NCBI GenBank assembly: GCA_017444895.1
Contig: JAFSVR010000025.1
Coordinates: 1-46,353 of the forward strand
Direction of reading: 5' to 3'
DNA length: 46,353 nt
DNA from: Clostridia bacterium
Lineage (GTDB): Bacteria; Bacillota; Clostridia; Christensenellales; UBA1242
This document shows, in pieces, positions 36,687 through 45,982 of the stretch. The notes beneath the pieces are model-generated. The model had not been told where the DNA came from. It searched no databases and was given only the letters and a program-made list of their open reading frames with translations. The stretch's first letter is position 1; each line of letters starts with the position of its first letter. A program made the translations under genes and the position numbers.

Positions 36687-37682
36687 ATGGTTGAATTTGA
36701 AGGAAAAGAAAAACGAATCACAAACATAAATAAGTTCCTTGCACAAAACGGCATCAAAAACCTTGAAGAGGCTCAAAAGATTTGTCTTGACGCCGGTCTT
36801 GATGTTAATGCAATAGTAAAAGGCATCCAACCTATTTGTTTTGATAACGCCGTTTGGGCCTACACCATTGGGTGTGCAGTTGCAATTATAAAAGGCATTA
36901 GAAAGGCTGGTCAAGTTGCAAAAGTGCTTGGCGAAGGTTTGCAAGCATTCTGCGTTAATGGTTCAGTTGCAGACATAAGAAAAGTTGGGCTTGGACATGG
37001 AAACCTTGCAAGCATGCTTCTTAATGAAAGCACAAAATGCTTCTGCTTCCTTGCAGGACACGAAAGTTTTGCCGCTGCCGAGGGCGCAATTGGTATTGCC
37101 AACACCGCAAACAAAGTAAGAAAAACCCCACTTAACATAATTCTTAACGGGCTTGGCAAAGATGCTGCATATATCATTTCAAGGATAAATGGTTTCACCT
37201 ATGTTCAAACCGAATTTGATTATGCAAAAAATGCACTTAAAGTCACAGGCTCAAAAAAATTCAGCAATGGAGATAGAAGCAAGGTTAGAGTTTACGGTGC
37301 AGACAGCGTTAGTGAGGGCGTTGCAATAATGAAATACGAACAAGTTGACGTTTCAATAACCGGGAACAGCACTAACCCAACCCGCTTTCAACATCCAGTT
37401 GCGGGAACATATAAGAAATGGGCCTTTGAAAACGGAAAAAATTATTTCAGCGTTGCAAGTGGTGGCGGCACAGGCAGAACACTTCATCCAGACAATGTTG
37501 GAGCTGGTCCTGCAAGTTATGGTCTTACAGACACAATGGGAAGAATGCATGGTGATGCACAGTTCGCTGGTTCATCAAGTGTACCCGCTCATGTTGATAT
37601 GATGGGCTTTATTGGAATGGGAAACAACCCAATTGTTGGAGCAACCGTTGCCCTTAGTGTTGCCATAAGTCAATTGAAATAA
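36687..37682 (+). CDS. GGGtGRT family protein
   Basis: VASGGGTGRTLHPDN, GHESFAAAEGAI, TGNSTNPTRFQHP. Confidence 0.92.
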   Translation: MVEFEGKEKRITNINKFLAQNGIKNLEEAQKICLDAGLDVNAIVKGIQPICFDNAVWAYTIGCAVAIIKGIRKAGQVAKVLGEGLQAFCVNGSVADIRKVGLGHGNLASMLLNESTKCFCFLAGHESFAAAEGAIGIANTANKVRKTPLNIILNGLGKDAAYIISRINGFTYVQTEFDYAKNALKVTGSKKFSNGDRSKVRVYGADSVSEGVAIMKYEQVDVSITGNSTNPTRFQHPVAGTYKKWAFENGKNYFSVASGGGTGRTLHPDNVGAGPASYGLTDTMGRMHGDAQFAGSSSVPAHVDMMGFIGMGNNPIVGATVALSVAISQLK

Positions 37683-37697
37683 AAACACAAAAACAAT

Positions 37698-37735
37698 AAA
37701 AAACCCGTAAAATTTATTAGTTTTACGGGCTTTTT
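37698..37735. terminator. Bidirectional terminator
   Basis: A-tract-CCCGTAAAA...TTTTACGGG-C-T-tract. Confidence 0.8.
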
Positions 37736-37750
37736 ATTGCAAATTTTACA

Positions 37751-38458
37751 TTAGTTGTTAATATTGATGGTTAAATATTTTTCTAAATTAAACTTGTTCC
37801 AGGCATCAAGATTTTCTGGTGGATAGCACCTAAATGTCATCCTCTCCTTCTTGGTTGGATGAACCAATTTAAGTTCACATGCGAAAAGATTAAGATTAAC
37901 TTTTGGCATATCTTTGCCACCATATTTTTGATCACCATAAACGGGGCATTTTATATTTGAGAACTGAACTCTAATCTGGTGCCCTCTCCCAGTTTTTAGT
38001 TTTATTTGAACGAGCGACAATTCCCCCTTTGTTTCAAGAACATTGTATTCAAGTTCCGCCCTCTTTGCTCCTGTTTGACTTTGAGGAACAATGCTCACCT
38101 TATTAGACTTCTCATCTTTGAGCAAATAATTAACTAAAACACCATGACTGGCCGGAAGTTTACCTTTCAAAACAGCAAAATAAGTTTTATCCAGTTCGCC
38201 ATTTCTAATTTGTTCACCCAGCCTCTCAGCAGCCTTAGACGTTCTAGCAAAAACCATGATCCCACCAGTTGGCCTATCCAGTCTATGCACCAAGCCAATA
38301 AAAGCCTCACCCGGCTTATTATATTTTTCTTTAACATAACTTTTCACCATTGAAAGCATGTCAAGATCGCCAGTTTCATCCTCCTGGCTTGGGACATTCT
38401 GCGGTTTTTTAACCACAACTATTTGGTTGTCTTCATAAAAAACTTCCATCTTTTCCAT
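37751..38458 (-). CDS. RluA-family pseudouridine synthase
   Basis: VHRLDRPTGG catalytic Asp motif; LKTGRGHQIRVQ; GDQKYG. Confidence 0.95.
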   Translation of the reverse strand: MEKMEVFYEDNQIVVVKKPQNVPSQEDETGDLDMLSMVKSYVKEKYNKPGEAFIGLVHRLDRPTGGIMVFARTSKAAERLGEQIRNGELDKTYFAVLKGKLPASHGVLVNYLLKDEKSNKVSIVPQSQTGAKRAELEYNVLETKGELSLVQIKLKTGRGHQIRVQFSNIKCPVYGDQKYGGKDMPKVNLNLFACELKLVHPTKKERMTFRCYPPENLDAWNKFNLEKYLTININN

Positions 38459-38469
38459 ATCTAACCCTT

Positions 38470-39345
38470 CTATTTTTTGCTTTTTGTTTTTCCAAAAGTT
38501 AGCAATGCGCTATTCCCACATGGCAAAAACGTTCCATCACTAACTGGCAAGCAAAGTTCATAACTTTCCTTTACCCCTTTCTTAGCGATGGCAAACTCTA
38601 AAACATTTTCCATTACGGTGCAACCCAGCCCTGTTGTGTAGCTATTAATCAAAACAAATAATGGATTGTCGCTCAAAAGTTCCCCACAAAGTTTAACAAA
38701 CTCGAACAGGTTATCTTCAAGTTTCCAAACCTCACCATTTGTTCCTCTGCCATAAGATGGCGGATCCATGATGATTGCATCATATTTTTTACCACGCTTA
38801 ATTTCACGCAAAACGAACTTACGGCAATCGTCAACTATATATCTAACTTGGGCATCTTTAAGCCCGGAAAGTTCAATATTCTCTTTACATCTTTCAACCA
38901 TCGCTTTTGCACTATCAACATGGCATACAGACGCCCCAGCACTTGCACATGCAACCGTTGCTCCTCCTGTATATCCAAACAGATTAAGAACACTGATTGG
39001 CCTGTTGGCGTTTTCAATAAGTTCAATCAGCTTAGCCCAGTTAACTGCCTGTTCTGGAAAAAGACCGGTGTGCTTAAAACCCATTGGCTTCACCTTAAAT
39101 GTTAAATTTCTCCAGGAAATTTGCCACTCGTCTGGCATAGGTCTTAAAATTTTCCAGCCACCACCACCTTCGTTAGAGCGGTGATAATGTGCATTAAGTT
39201 GCTTAAATTTTGACAGATCCTCACTAGCCGGCCAAATAACCTGAGGATCTGGCCTCAGCAAAAAAACCCTGCCCCAACGTTCAAGTTTTTCCCCATTTCC
39301 GGTTTTCAAAACCTCAAAATCTTTCCATTCGCTATTGTATTCCAT
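38470..39345 (-). CDS. Class I SAM-dependent methyltransferase (RlmI/K-like)
   Basis: FKHTGLFPEQ, VLNLFGYTGGA, HVDS, IIMDPPSYG. Confidence 0.9.
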   Translation of the reverse strand: MEYNSEWKDFEVLKTGNGEKLERWGRVFLLRPDPQVIWPASEDLSKFKQLNAHYHRSNEGGGGWKILRPMPDEWQISWRNLTFKVKPMGFKHTGLFPEQAVNWAKLIELIENANRPISVLNLFGYTGGATVACASAGASVCHVDSAKAMVERCKENIELSGLKDAQVRYIVDDCRKFVLREIKRGKKYDAIIMDPPSYGRGTNGEVWKLEDNLFEFVKLCGELLSDNPLFVLINSYTTGLGCTVMENVLEFAIAKKGVKESYELCLPVSDGTFLPCGNSALLTFGKTKSKK

Positions 39346-39428
39346 ATATCCTCATTGTTGGCTGTTTACAGCAAAAAAGTGCAAAATTAAGAAAATTATA
39401 TTGAAAAATTAATAAATTTTTGCTAATT

Positions 39429-40154
39429 TTAGTAATTGTCCAGAATTGTTTGCATATCAATCGTGTCTGCCGTTACAACAATTCCAAGTGGTTGTTCGGT
39501 ATAATTTCCACTTTTTGTTATTATTACTGTTGAAAGTTTGCGATTTTGTTGGAACATATATAGCAAACTATCAATTGTTATATTTGAAGGCACAACTTCA
39601 TAGTGGTCTGAGAATGATTCAAGACTAAGCGCTTCAATAACGGGCTTGTCAAGAAACTCTTCAAGTGATTTTTTGTTAAATTCAACCTGCCCTATTGCCT
39701 CAACAAGCATCTTCCTACTTATAACACCAAGAAGAGTGTTAGACCTATATACAGGAATGTTGGAATAGCCAGACTTAAACATTTCAACAAAAATGTTTCT
39801 CATTTTTTCATTTCCGTCAATTGTGAAAACCTTGCGGTTAACAACTTTATAATCAAGCGCACGAGGTGGCGTTGCAATGAGCCTTGCAATAGATTCCAGT
39901 TTCAAAACAACATCATCATGCGGTTCAGCGATAACTGCCCCACTAATGTTTCTATGAACAATGGCATTTCTAAGCCTGCCATAGTCAACCAAATCATCTT
40001 CATATTTCTTTATAACTGAATTAACAGAGGCAACCTTTCTTATAACATCACTGAATGTTAGATTTGGCTTAAGGTTATAAATATCCCTAAGCGTTTTATC
40101 TATTATGTTATAGCTACTTATAAATCTGCTTGCATTTGTTTCCATATTCTTCAT
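39429..40154 (-). CDS. CBS-domain protein with an N-terminal helical domain carrying RNAIVH
   Basis: FISSYN.ID..LR, LRNAIVH, tandem CBS (YSNIPVY; LGIVVTAD). Confidence 0.8.
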   Translation of the reverse strand: MKNMETNASRFISSYNIIDKTLRDIYNLKPNLTFSDVIRKVASVNSVIKKYEDDLVDYGRLRNAIVHRNISGAVIAEPHDDVVLKLESIARLIATPPRALDYKVVNRKVFTIDGNEKMRNIFVEMFKSGYSNIPVYRSNTLLGVISRKMLVEAIGQVEFNKKSLEEFLDKPVIEALSLESFSDHYEVVPSNITIDSLLYMFQQNRKLSTVIITKSGNYTEQPLGIVVTADTIDMQTILDNY

Positions 40155-40258
40155 TCTCCACTAGATAAAGTATAACACAGCGCTTAAGATTTGCAAATCA
40201 ATTAGCGATAAACATTGTTTTTATTGCAAAATTTTGCCCTTAATATCAACCTTAAGGC

Positions 40259-40287
40259 TTGCAATATAGCAAAAACTATGCTATTAT
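40259..40287 (+). promoter_or_regulatory. Sigma-A promoter of the SRP RNA
   Basis: TTGCAA-17 nt-TATTAT with extended TG. Confidence 0.7.
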
Positions 40288-40293
40288 ATTACT

Positions 40294-40563
40294 ACCGCAA
40301 TAGGTGGGGAGCTAGCAGTGCCCTATTACCCTGAAATCTGCTTTAGCAGGGGCCGAACGCCTTTTTAGGCTTTTAATATGGAAGGCTGAGAAGAGCAAGC
40401 AGTGTTGATTCCAAGGTCTTGTGCAATAAAATTCTTATGAACCGTGTCAGAGTCTGACGACAGCAGCACTAAGTTTGAAGATTATGTGCCACAAGGTAGC
40501 TTTGGTGGAGCTGGCTACTATTCTACCGCTTCGGTATTAAAAGTCGAAATTGGAATTTGCGGT
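40294..40563 (+). ncRNA. ffs: Large (Alu-containing) bacterial SRP RNA / scRNA
   Basis: ACCGCAA...TTGCGGT closing helix; Alu-like GGGGAGCTAGCAGTGCCCT...TAGCAGGGGCCGAA; S-domain ATGAACCGTGTCAG...AGCAGCACTAAG; colinear with Bacillus scRNA as recalled. Confidence 0.92.
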
Positions 40564-40575
40564 TTTTTTATAAAC

Positions 40576-40607
40576 AAAAAACCACCCTTTTCAGGGTGGA
40601 TATTTTT
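40576..40607. terminator. Bidirectional terminator (SRP RNA / acpP)
   Basis: A-tract-CCACCCT-TTTC-AGGGTGG-ATA-T-tract. Confidence 0.8.
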
Positions 40608-40613
40608 TACAAT

Positions 40614-40841
40614 CTATTTTGCGTTGTCAATGAAATTAACAAGATCCTTAACAGTTTTGATTCCTGGGATTGCCTCATCAGGAATTGAAATTGAGAATTC
40701 ATCCTCAAGGCTCATAAGAATTTCAACCAAATCAAGGCTGTCTGCACCCAAATCTGTTGCAATGTTGGTTTCCATGCTAATCTTACCAACATCAACGCCA
40801 AGTTGCTTTGCCAAAATCTCTTTAACTTTTTTCTCAGTCAT
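40614..40841 (-). CDS. acpP: Acyl carrier protein
   Basis: DLGADSLDLVEI..LEDEF.I.IPDE. Confidence 0.95.
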   Translation of the reverse strand: MTEKKVKEILAKQLGVDVGKISMETNIATDLGADSLDLVEILMSLEDEFSISIPDEAIPGIKTVKDLVNFIDNAK

Positions 40842-40915
40842 AATTAACCCTCCACAAATGTCAATTTCATTATAGCAAATTAATTTGCATTATGCAAGCA
40901 AATTATACAAAATTT

Positions 40916-42229
40916 TTAACTTACACTGATTGCCGTTGCCGTCAATTGGAAAGTCTTTGGAATATTATTTTGAAGAACGCTGAATGTAACAATAGACCCA
41001 TCTTCAATGTTGAACTTATGATCATCAAAATCATACGCAGAAGTAACATTAACAACAACCGTTTGTCCACCAAAAACATACGAAAAGTTAATAACAACGT
41101 CGTTATCTTTACAGCCGGCATTAACCGCTGACTGGGTTTTTGTTACATAGGTTACAACCGAAACCAAACGCCCTGATTCAGCGTCAAGAGAATCCTGGCT
41201 AGTTCCAACATTAAAAGCAAGCCCAATTGTAACGGCAATCGGATTACCATCATTCCTAACGATGTTCCTAGAAAGCCCCACCGCGATATTGCTTGGGATT
41301 GCAAAACTTGTTCCCTCTTTTGAATCTATACTATATGAACCATTGCTATAAACCAACCTGTCCATACTCTTTGCATTAACTATTCCAACAAGTTCACCAC
41401 GGCGATTAAACAATCCGCCACCACTATTACCGGGGTTAATTGCGGCATCTAGTTGCATAACCCGCATTTCATTTGGGTTGTCTTCAACATAAATATTCTT
41501 AACAGGCGCACTAATTATTCCACTTGTAACACTGAAACCGTTTGCAAGAGGATTTCCAATTGCAATCACGGAATCACCCTCACATACCTCTGCACTATTA
41601 GCAATGTCGGCTTTCATACACACACTGCCACGAACTTCATTATTATTTGTAATTTTCAAAACGGCAATATCATACTCACTGCTATACCCAACCAACGTTG
41701 CTTTAATTGGTGTGTATGAACCATAAAGCAAAACATATATCTTTGTTGTGTCTATTGAAACAACGTGATAACACGTGGTTATTGTAACGTTGCCCCCTTC
41801 TTTGTCTAAGTCAATGATAACGCCAGCCCCACTAGATTTCATTTCAAAAAAGTTTGAATATGTAACTTCACCTGAGGTTTTTGGCTTTGCCCCAACACAC
41901 ACAGCCGAAAGTTTTGCTTTTGTTGCTGCCGCCCAACTTTCCCCAGAGCCGTCAGTTGAAATGCTTATATTTGAATTGCTTACCACTTTTGGAGTGTTGG
42001 CAATAACAAACAACCTAATTAAAAGCCCGCCAAAAACAATTTGAACAACAAGCAAAATAGCAACGATGACAGTTAATGTTTTCCCAGCTCTTCCGCTCGC
42101 TTTTGCCTGCTCTGAAACCCTTTTTCGCCTTCTGGCATATGTTCCAGGATCATCGCGAACAATTGGCTTATCATCATATGGGATTTTGCTATATGAATAC
42201 TCGCTATCTTCAAAACCAAACTCATTCAT
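40916..42229 (-). CDS. HtrA/DegP-like membrane-anchored serine protease
   Basis: TM; triad TCYHVV, YDIAVLKI, AINPGNSGG; C-terminal PDZ-like region. Confidence 0.9.
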   Translation of the reverse strand: MNEFGFEDSEYSYSKIPYDDKPIVRDDPGTYARRRKRVSEQAKASGRAGKTLTVIVAILLVVQIVFGGLLIRLFVIANTPKVVSNSNISISTDGSGESWAAATKAKLSAVCVGAKPKTSGEVTYSNFFEMKSSGAGVIIDLDKEGGNVTITTCYHVVSIDTTKIYVLLYGSYTPIKATLVGYSSEYDIAVLKITNNNEVRGSVCMKADIANSAEVCEGDSVIAIGNPLANGFSVTSGIISAPVKNIYVEDNPNEMRVMQLDAAINPGNSGGGLFNRRGELVGIVNAKSMDRLVYSNGSYSIDSKEGTSFAIPSNIAVGLSRNIVRNDGNPIAVTIGLAFNVGTSQDSLDAESGRLVSVVTYVTKTQSAVNAGCKDNDVVINFSYVFGGQTVVVNVTSAYDFDDHKFNIEDGSIVTFSVLQNNIPKTFQLTATAISVS

Positions 42230-42236
42230 ACCTTCA

Positions 42237-43634
42237 TCACCTTACTTTATATTTATTAGCTTTTATGATTGCTTTTATGCCAACAACAGTTCCGCCACCA
42301 ACAACAATCCCAAGCATAATCCACATTGCTATTTTGAGCCCTGCATGATTGTCTTTTGGAGCAACAATCTTGAATTGTTTAGAATCTTCCAAAACCATAT
42401 CTGCCTTATATTTTCTATTGCCGTTTGTTGAAACAGAAAGCGTGAAAGTACCCTCTTTAACCATTTCCACAACAACATATCGGCTTTCAAGATTCATTGA
42501 AACTATTTTAGCACAATCGTTTGAAACCTCAAAACTTAAATCACCACATGATGTTAACTTTTTGTTGAGGCTATAATATATTCTTTGAGAAACGCCCTTT
42601 TCAAACTTGTTTAAGTTTTGATTGATTGAAACCCCCTTGAATTCTGCTATATTGCAATGATAAGTTGTTCCGAGCAATGTTTCATGAGCGCTGTTTTTAA
42701 CAACAAATTCAATAACCGTGTTTCCTTCTGAACTAAAAACATAATCCCCGCCATATTCCCATGGTTCAGTTGTTCCATTGGCCGTAACACTAACTTCAAA
42801 ATAATGCGTGCTCGATTCGGCAACAATGTCTTTAGTTCCAACCCACGCATAAACCACAACACTGCTTCTTGCTGGCAAAGTTGCCTTGTCACCCAAGAAC
42901 AAATCATCAAAAGTTATTTGAGGATTAACCTTAAACAGTCTATATGGTTGTTTATTTTCTTCTTCAACATAAACATTGATAAGTGTCTTTTCAACAATTT
43001 TTGCGTCATAGAACTGCAATGCATCAGATGTTGTTGTCTCGTCATATTTTGTATACTTAATGTCTAATGAAGAAAAAGAAATATAATTATCTCCTTCATA
43101 CGCATTGGTTTTGATAAATGCACTAAATGGGATTTCAAGATAGTTCCAAGAATACCCATCAGCACCATTAACACTATCCTGCTCTGAAACATTTGTTTTT
43201 GTTAAAAGCGTTGCAAGATCTGTATGAGAAATTGTGGCACTCACATTTCCATCTTCAAGAGAAGAAGTTGTGCCCGACAGGCCAATTGTTAAATCAAGCA
43301 AGTTCCTATTTGGGAAATATACCCATATACCTAAAACATAATTGGTTGTTTTTGCTAGATTCTCAGAAATTGTTATAGGAATTTGAACATCAAACTCTCC
43401 ATATTCGTTAACACTTGGTTTATATGAATTGCCAGACATCCTCGTTTCAAGCGAGAAATCGAAAGGTGTAAATGAATCAGCGTTTGCTCCGCTATAGGTG
43501 GCGGGTAAAACACTTATTGCATTGCTAGAAATGGCATAAGTAGTAGCGTTAACTTTAACAGCAAAAAGCATTGGCACACACAGTGTCATTAGCGCAAAAC
43601 CAACTGAAAAAACAAACGCGAGAACTTTCTTCAT
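42237..43634 (-). CDS. Exported beta-rich protein with C-terminal membrane anchor
   Basis: MKKVLAF signal peptide (TAATG overlap with the ung stop), C-terminal TM plus basic tail. Confidence 0.7.
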   Translation of the reverse strand: MKKVLAFVFSVGFALMTLCVPMLFAVKVNATTYAISSNAISVLPATYSGANADSFTPFDFSLETRMSGNSYKPSVNEYGEFDVQIPITISENLAKTTNYVLGIWVYFPNRNLLDLTIGLSGTTSSLEDGNVSATISHTDLATLLTKTNVSEQDSVNGADGYSWNYLEIPFSAFIKTNAYEGDNYISFSSLDIKYTKYDETTTSDALQFYDAKIVEKTLINVYVEEENKQPYRLFKVNPQITFDDLFLGDKATLPARSSVVVYAWVGTKDIVAESSTHYFEVSVTANGTTEPWEYGGDYVFSSEGNTVIEFVVKNSAHETLLGTTYHCNIAEFKGVSINQNLNKFEKGVSQRIYYSLNKKLTSCGDLSFEVSNDCAKIVSMNLESRYVVVEMVKEGTFTLSVSTNGNRKYKADMVLEDSKQFKIVAPKDNHAGLKIAMWIMLGIVVGGGTVVGIKAIIKANKYKVR

Positions 43635-44314
43635 TAAATATTTGGAATTTGCCAATCTATCGCTTCTTTCCCTTCCCCTTTTAATATTTCATTGCACTTG
43701 CTAAAATGCTTACATCCAAAAAAACCATTATATGCAGAAAGAGGGCTTGGATGTGGTGCTGTTAATATGTGATGCTTTTTTTCATCAATAAGAACCTTTT
43801 TGTCTATTGCATTTCTGCCCCAAAGCAAAAACACAAGCCCATCTTTTTCGTCACTCAATTTTTTTATAACCGCATCAGTAAATGTCAGCCAGCCAATGTT
43901 TTTATGGCTTTGTGGCTGCCCTTCCCTCACTGTCAAAACAGTGTTAAGAAGCAACACCCCCTGCTTTGCCCAAGGAATCAAGCAGCCATTGTTTGGAATA
44001 AAGCCACCAACATCTTTTGAAATTTCTCCAAAGATGTTTTTTAGAGATGGTGGAATATCAACACCAGGTAAAACCGAAAAGCAAAGCCCATGCGCCTGGC
44101 CATATCCGTGATATGGATCCTGCCCAAGAATAACAACCTTAACATCATCAAAATCGGTAAGTTTAAGCGCAGAAAAAACTCTGCTTTGAGGAGGATAAAC
44201 TTTATGCCCCTCATATTCTTTGTTTACCCTTTTTAAGGTTTCCAAAAAATATGGCTTTGCATACTCTTCACCCAAAACTTCATCCCATTTGTTTCCTATC
44301 ACTTTCATATACAC
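43634..44314 (-). CDS. ung: Uracil-DNA glycosylase (family 1)
   Basis: KVVILGQDPYHG, PPSLKNI, QGVLLLN, HPSPLSA. Confidence 0.97.
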   Translation of the reverse strand: MYMKVIGNKWDEVLGEEYAKPYFLETLKRVNKEYEGHKVYPPQSRVFSALKLTDFDDVKVVILGQDPYHGYGQAHGLCFSVLPGVDIPPSLKNIFGEISKDVGGFIPNNGCLIPWAKQGVLLLNTVLTVREGQPQSHKNIGWLTFTDAVIKKLSDEKDGLVFLLWGRNAIDKKVLIDEKKHHILTAPHPSPLSAYNGFFGCKHFSKCNEILKGEGKEAIDWQIPNI

Positions 44315-45229
44315 CTATCTTTTGCTTAAATATAGAACTGCAAGTGCTGAACAAACGGCTCCATCACTTGTTGCAGTAACAATCTGCCTAAGAGGCTTTG
44401 TTCTTATATCTCCACACGCATAAACGCCTTCAATATTGGTTTTGCAGTCTGCACTTTCAATAAAGCCATTTTCATCAAGAGGTAGTTTGCCTGCAACCAG
44501 TTCAGTGTTTGGAACTCTGCCAGCAGAAATAAACAATCCATTAACCTTAACCTTTGTTTGCTTGCCGGTTTGAGTGTTTGTTAAAACAACCTCCTCAACA
44601 ATCTTATCCCCAACTATATCTGACAAAACATTATATGTTATAATCTTAACACCCAGTTTTTCAGTTTCCTTAACAACGTTATCTCCAACCCTGAACCTAT
44701 CTGTGCGATGAACAAGATAAACATTTCTTGCAATACCAGATAGATATTTAGCATCAATAAAGGCACTATTCCCGCCACCAATAACCATAACGTCTTTGTG
44801 TTTATATAGTGCACCATCGCAGGTTGCGCAATAACTAACACCCCTGCCCCTAAACTTGTTTTCAAGGTCCTCATTAATCTGCCTTGGTCTGACACCCATC
44901 GCAAGAATAACGGTTTTTGCTATAAGCCTATAACTTTTGGTTTCAACAACCTTATCTTCCTTAGAAAAATCCACGGCATCAGCATTCTCATTAATAACAT
45001 GCACGTTGGTCCTTTTTAGGTCTTCAAGCATTCTAAGCGATAATTCTGAGCCCTCGATTGCTCCCGTCCCAGGATAGTTTTCAACAAGAGATGTTGTTGC
45101 AACCTGCCCGCCAAACATTCCGCCTTCAACAAGAGCCGCTTTTTTCCCCGCCCTTGCAAGATAAATCCCAGCTGTTATTCCAGCTGGCCCGCCACCAATT
45201 ATAACTGCGTCAAAATTCATACTTTCCAT
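44315..45229 (-). CDS. trxB: Thioredoxin reductase
   Basis: GGGPAG, VENYPG, GVSYCATCDG, GGGNSA, ACGD...RQIVTA.SDG. Confidence 0.93.
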   Translation of the reverse strand: MESMNFDAVIIGGGPAGITAGIYLARAGKKAALVEGGMFGGQVATTSLVENYPGTGAIEGSELSLRMLEDLKRTNVHVINENADAVDFSKEDKVVETKSYRLIAKTVILAMGVRPRQINEDLENKFRGRGVSYCATCDGALYKHKDVMVIGGGNSAFIDAKYLSGIARNVYLVHRTDRFRVGDNVVKETEKLGVKIITYNVLSDIVGDKIVEEVVLTNTQTGKQTKVKVNGLFISAGRVPNTELVAGKLPLDENGFIESADCKTNIEGVYACGDIRTKPLRQIVTATSDGAVCSALAVLYLSKR

Positions 45230-45340
45230 AATATAATTATATAACTTAATTATAATATTTACTAACAATTTTAACAGGTTTGTGAACATTTTGCTCAAAG
45301 AAAAACCACGACCAAAAGCCGTGGCAACCTTTTATTAAAA

Positions 45341-45874
45341 TTACTTTTTAATTAATGATTGCATAATCCAAAGCTTAACAGCAGAAATAACAACCATTGG
45401 AACCATTGCGAGCAGTGCAAAATAGCTTCCAAAGCCTACGATTGCAAGAATTGCAACTATCAATTCACAAATCAACTCGCTGGCAATATACAAGTTTGCT
45501 TTTTGAACATCAAAATTCCTTTTAAGTTGGCAATAGCACAGCCAAGCAACCAACCCAACCAAAACGATTGCAAGAACTTGCAAAATAACATTAATTGTTG
45601 CTGGTGAATTTGAAACAATCATAACAAGCATAACAGCAGTAAATGCCAAAAGACTAATAACGCCAATTGCAACGCCGGCAATATTGAGACCAAGCGCCCC
45701 ATTTGCCCCCGTCAAAACCGCTCTCTCTTTATTTTGTTTAGGCTGCTCCCTAACAATTGTCTCTTGTTTTGCTGGCTCAACCTCTTTCTTTGCAACAGGT
45801 TTCTTAGGTGCCTGTGCTTTTGTTGCTGGCTTTCTTGCCCCCGCCTGAGTTCTTGTCTTTCTTTCTTCAGCCAT
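45341..45874 (-). CDS. Hypothetical membrane protein with basic N-terminal tail
   Basis: K/A/P-rich N-terminus followed by about four TM segments; ATG 45874 after AAGGGGGA. Confidence 0.7.
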   Translation of the reverse strand: MAEERKTRTQAGARKPATKAQAPKKPVAKKEVEPAKQETIVREQPKQNKERAVLTGANGALGLNIAGVAIGVISLLAFTAVMLVMIVSNSPATINVILQVLAIVLVGLVAWLCYCQLKRNFDVQKANLYIASELICELIVAILAIVGFGSYFALLAMVPMVVISAVKLWIMQSLIKK

Positions 45875-45949
45875 ATTTTCCCCCTTATCCACACTTATTA
45901 ATTACATAATAGCATCAGCTCTATTTTATGTCAAATGTTTTAAGCGAAT

Positions 45950-45980
45950 AAAAAACCCAAGCCATAAGCTTGGGTAAAAA
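45950..45980 (-). terminator. Terminator after rpsI
   Basis: ACCCAAGC-N5-GCTTGGGT followed by a T-tract on the minus strand. Confidence 0.8.
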
Positions 45981-45982
45981 TT

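Noticed and set aside
40444-40875. 143-aa plus-strand ORF
   Set aside because: It overlaps the SRP RNA and is antisense to acpP; shadow ORF
45280-45298. Rex-like half site TTGTGAA upstream of trxB
   Set aside because: The second half does not match TTCACAA at the 4-nt spacing
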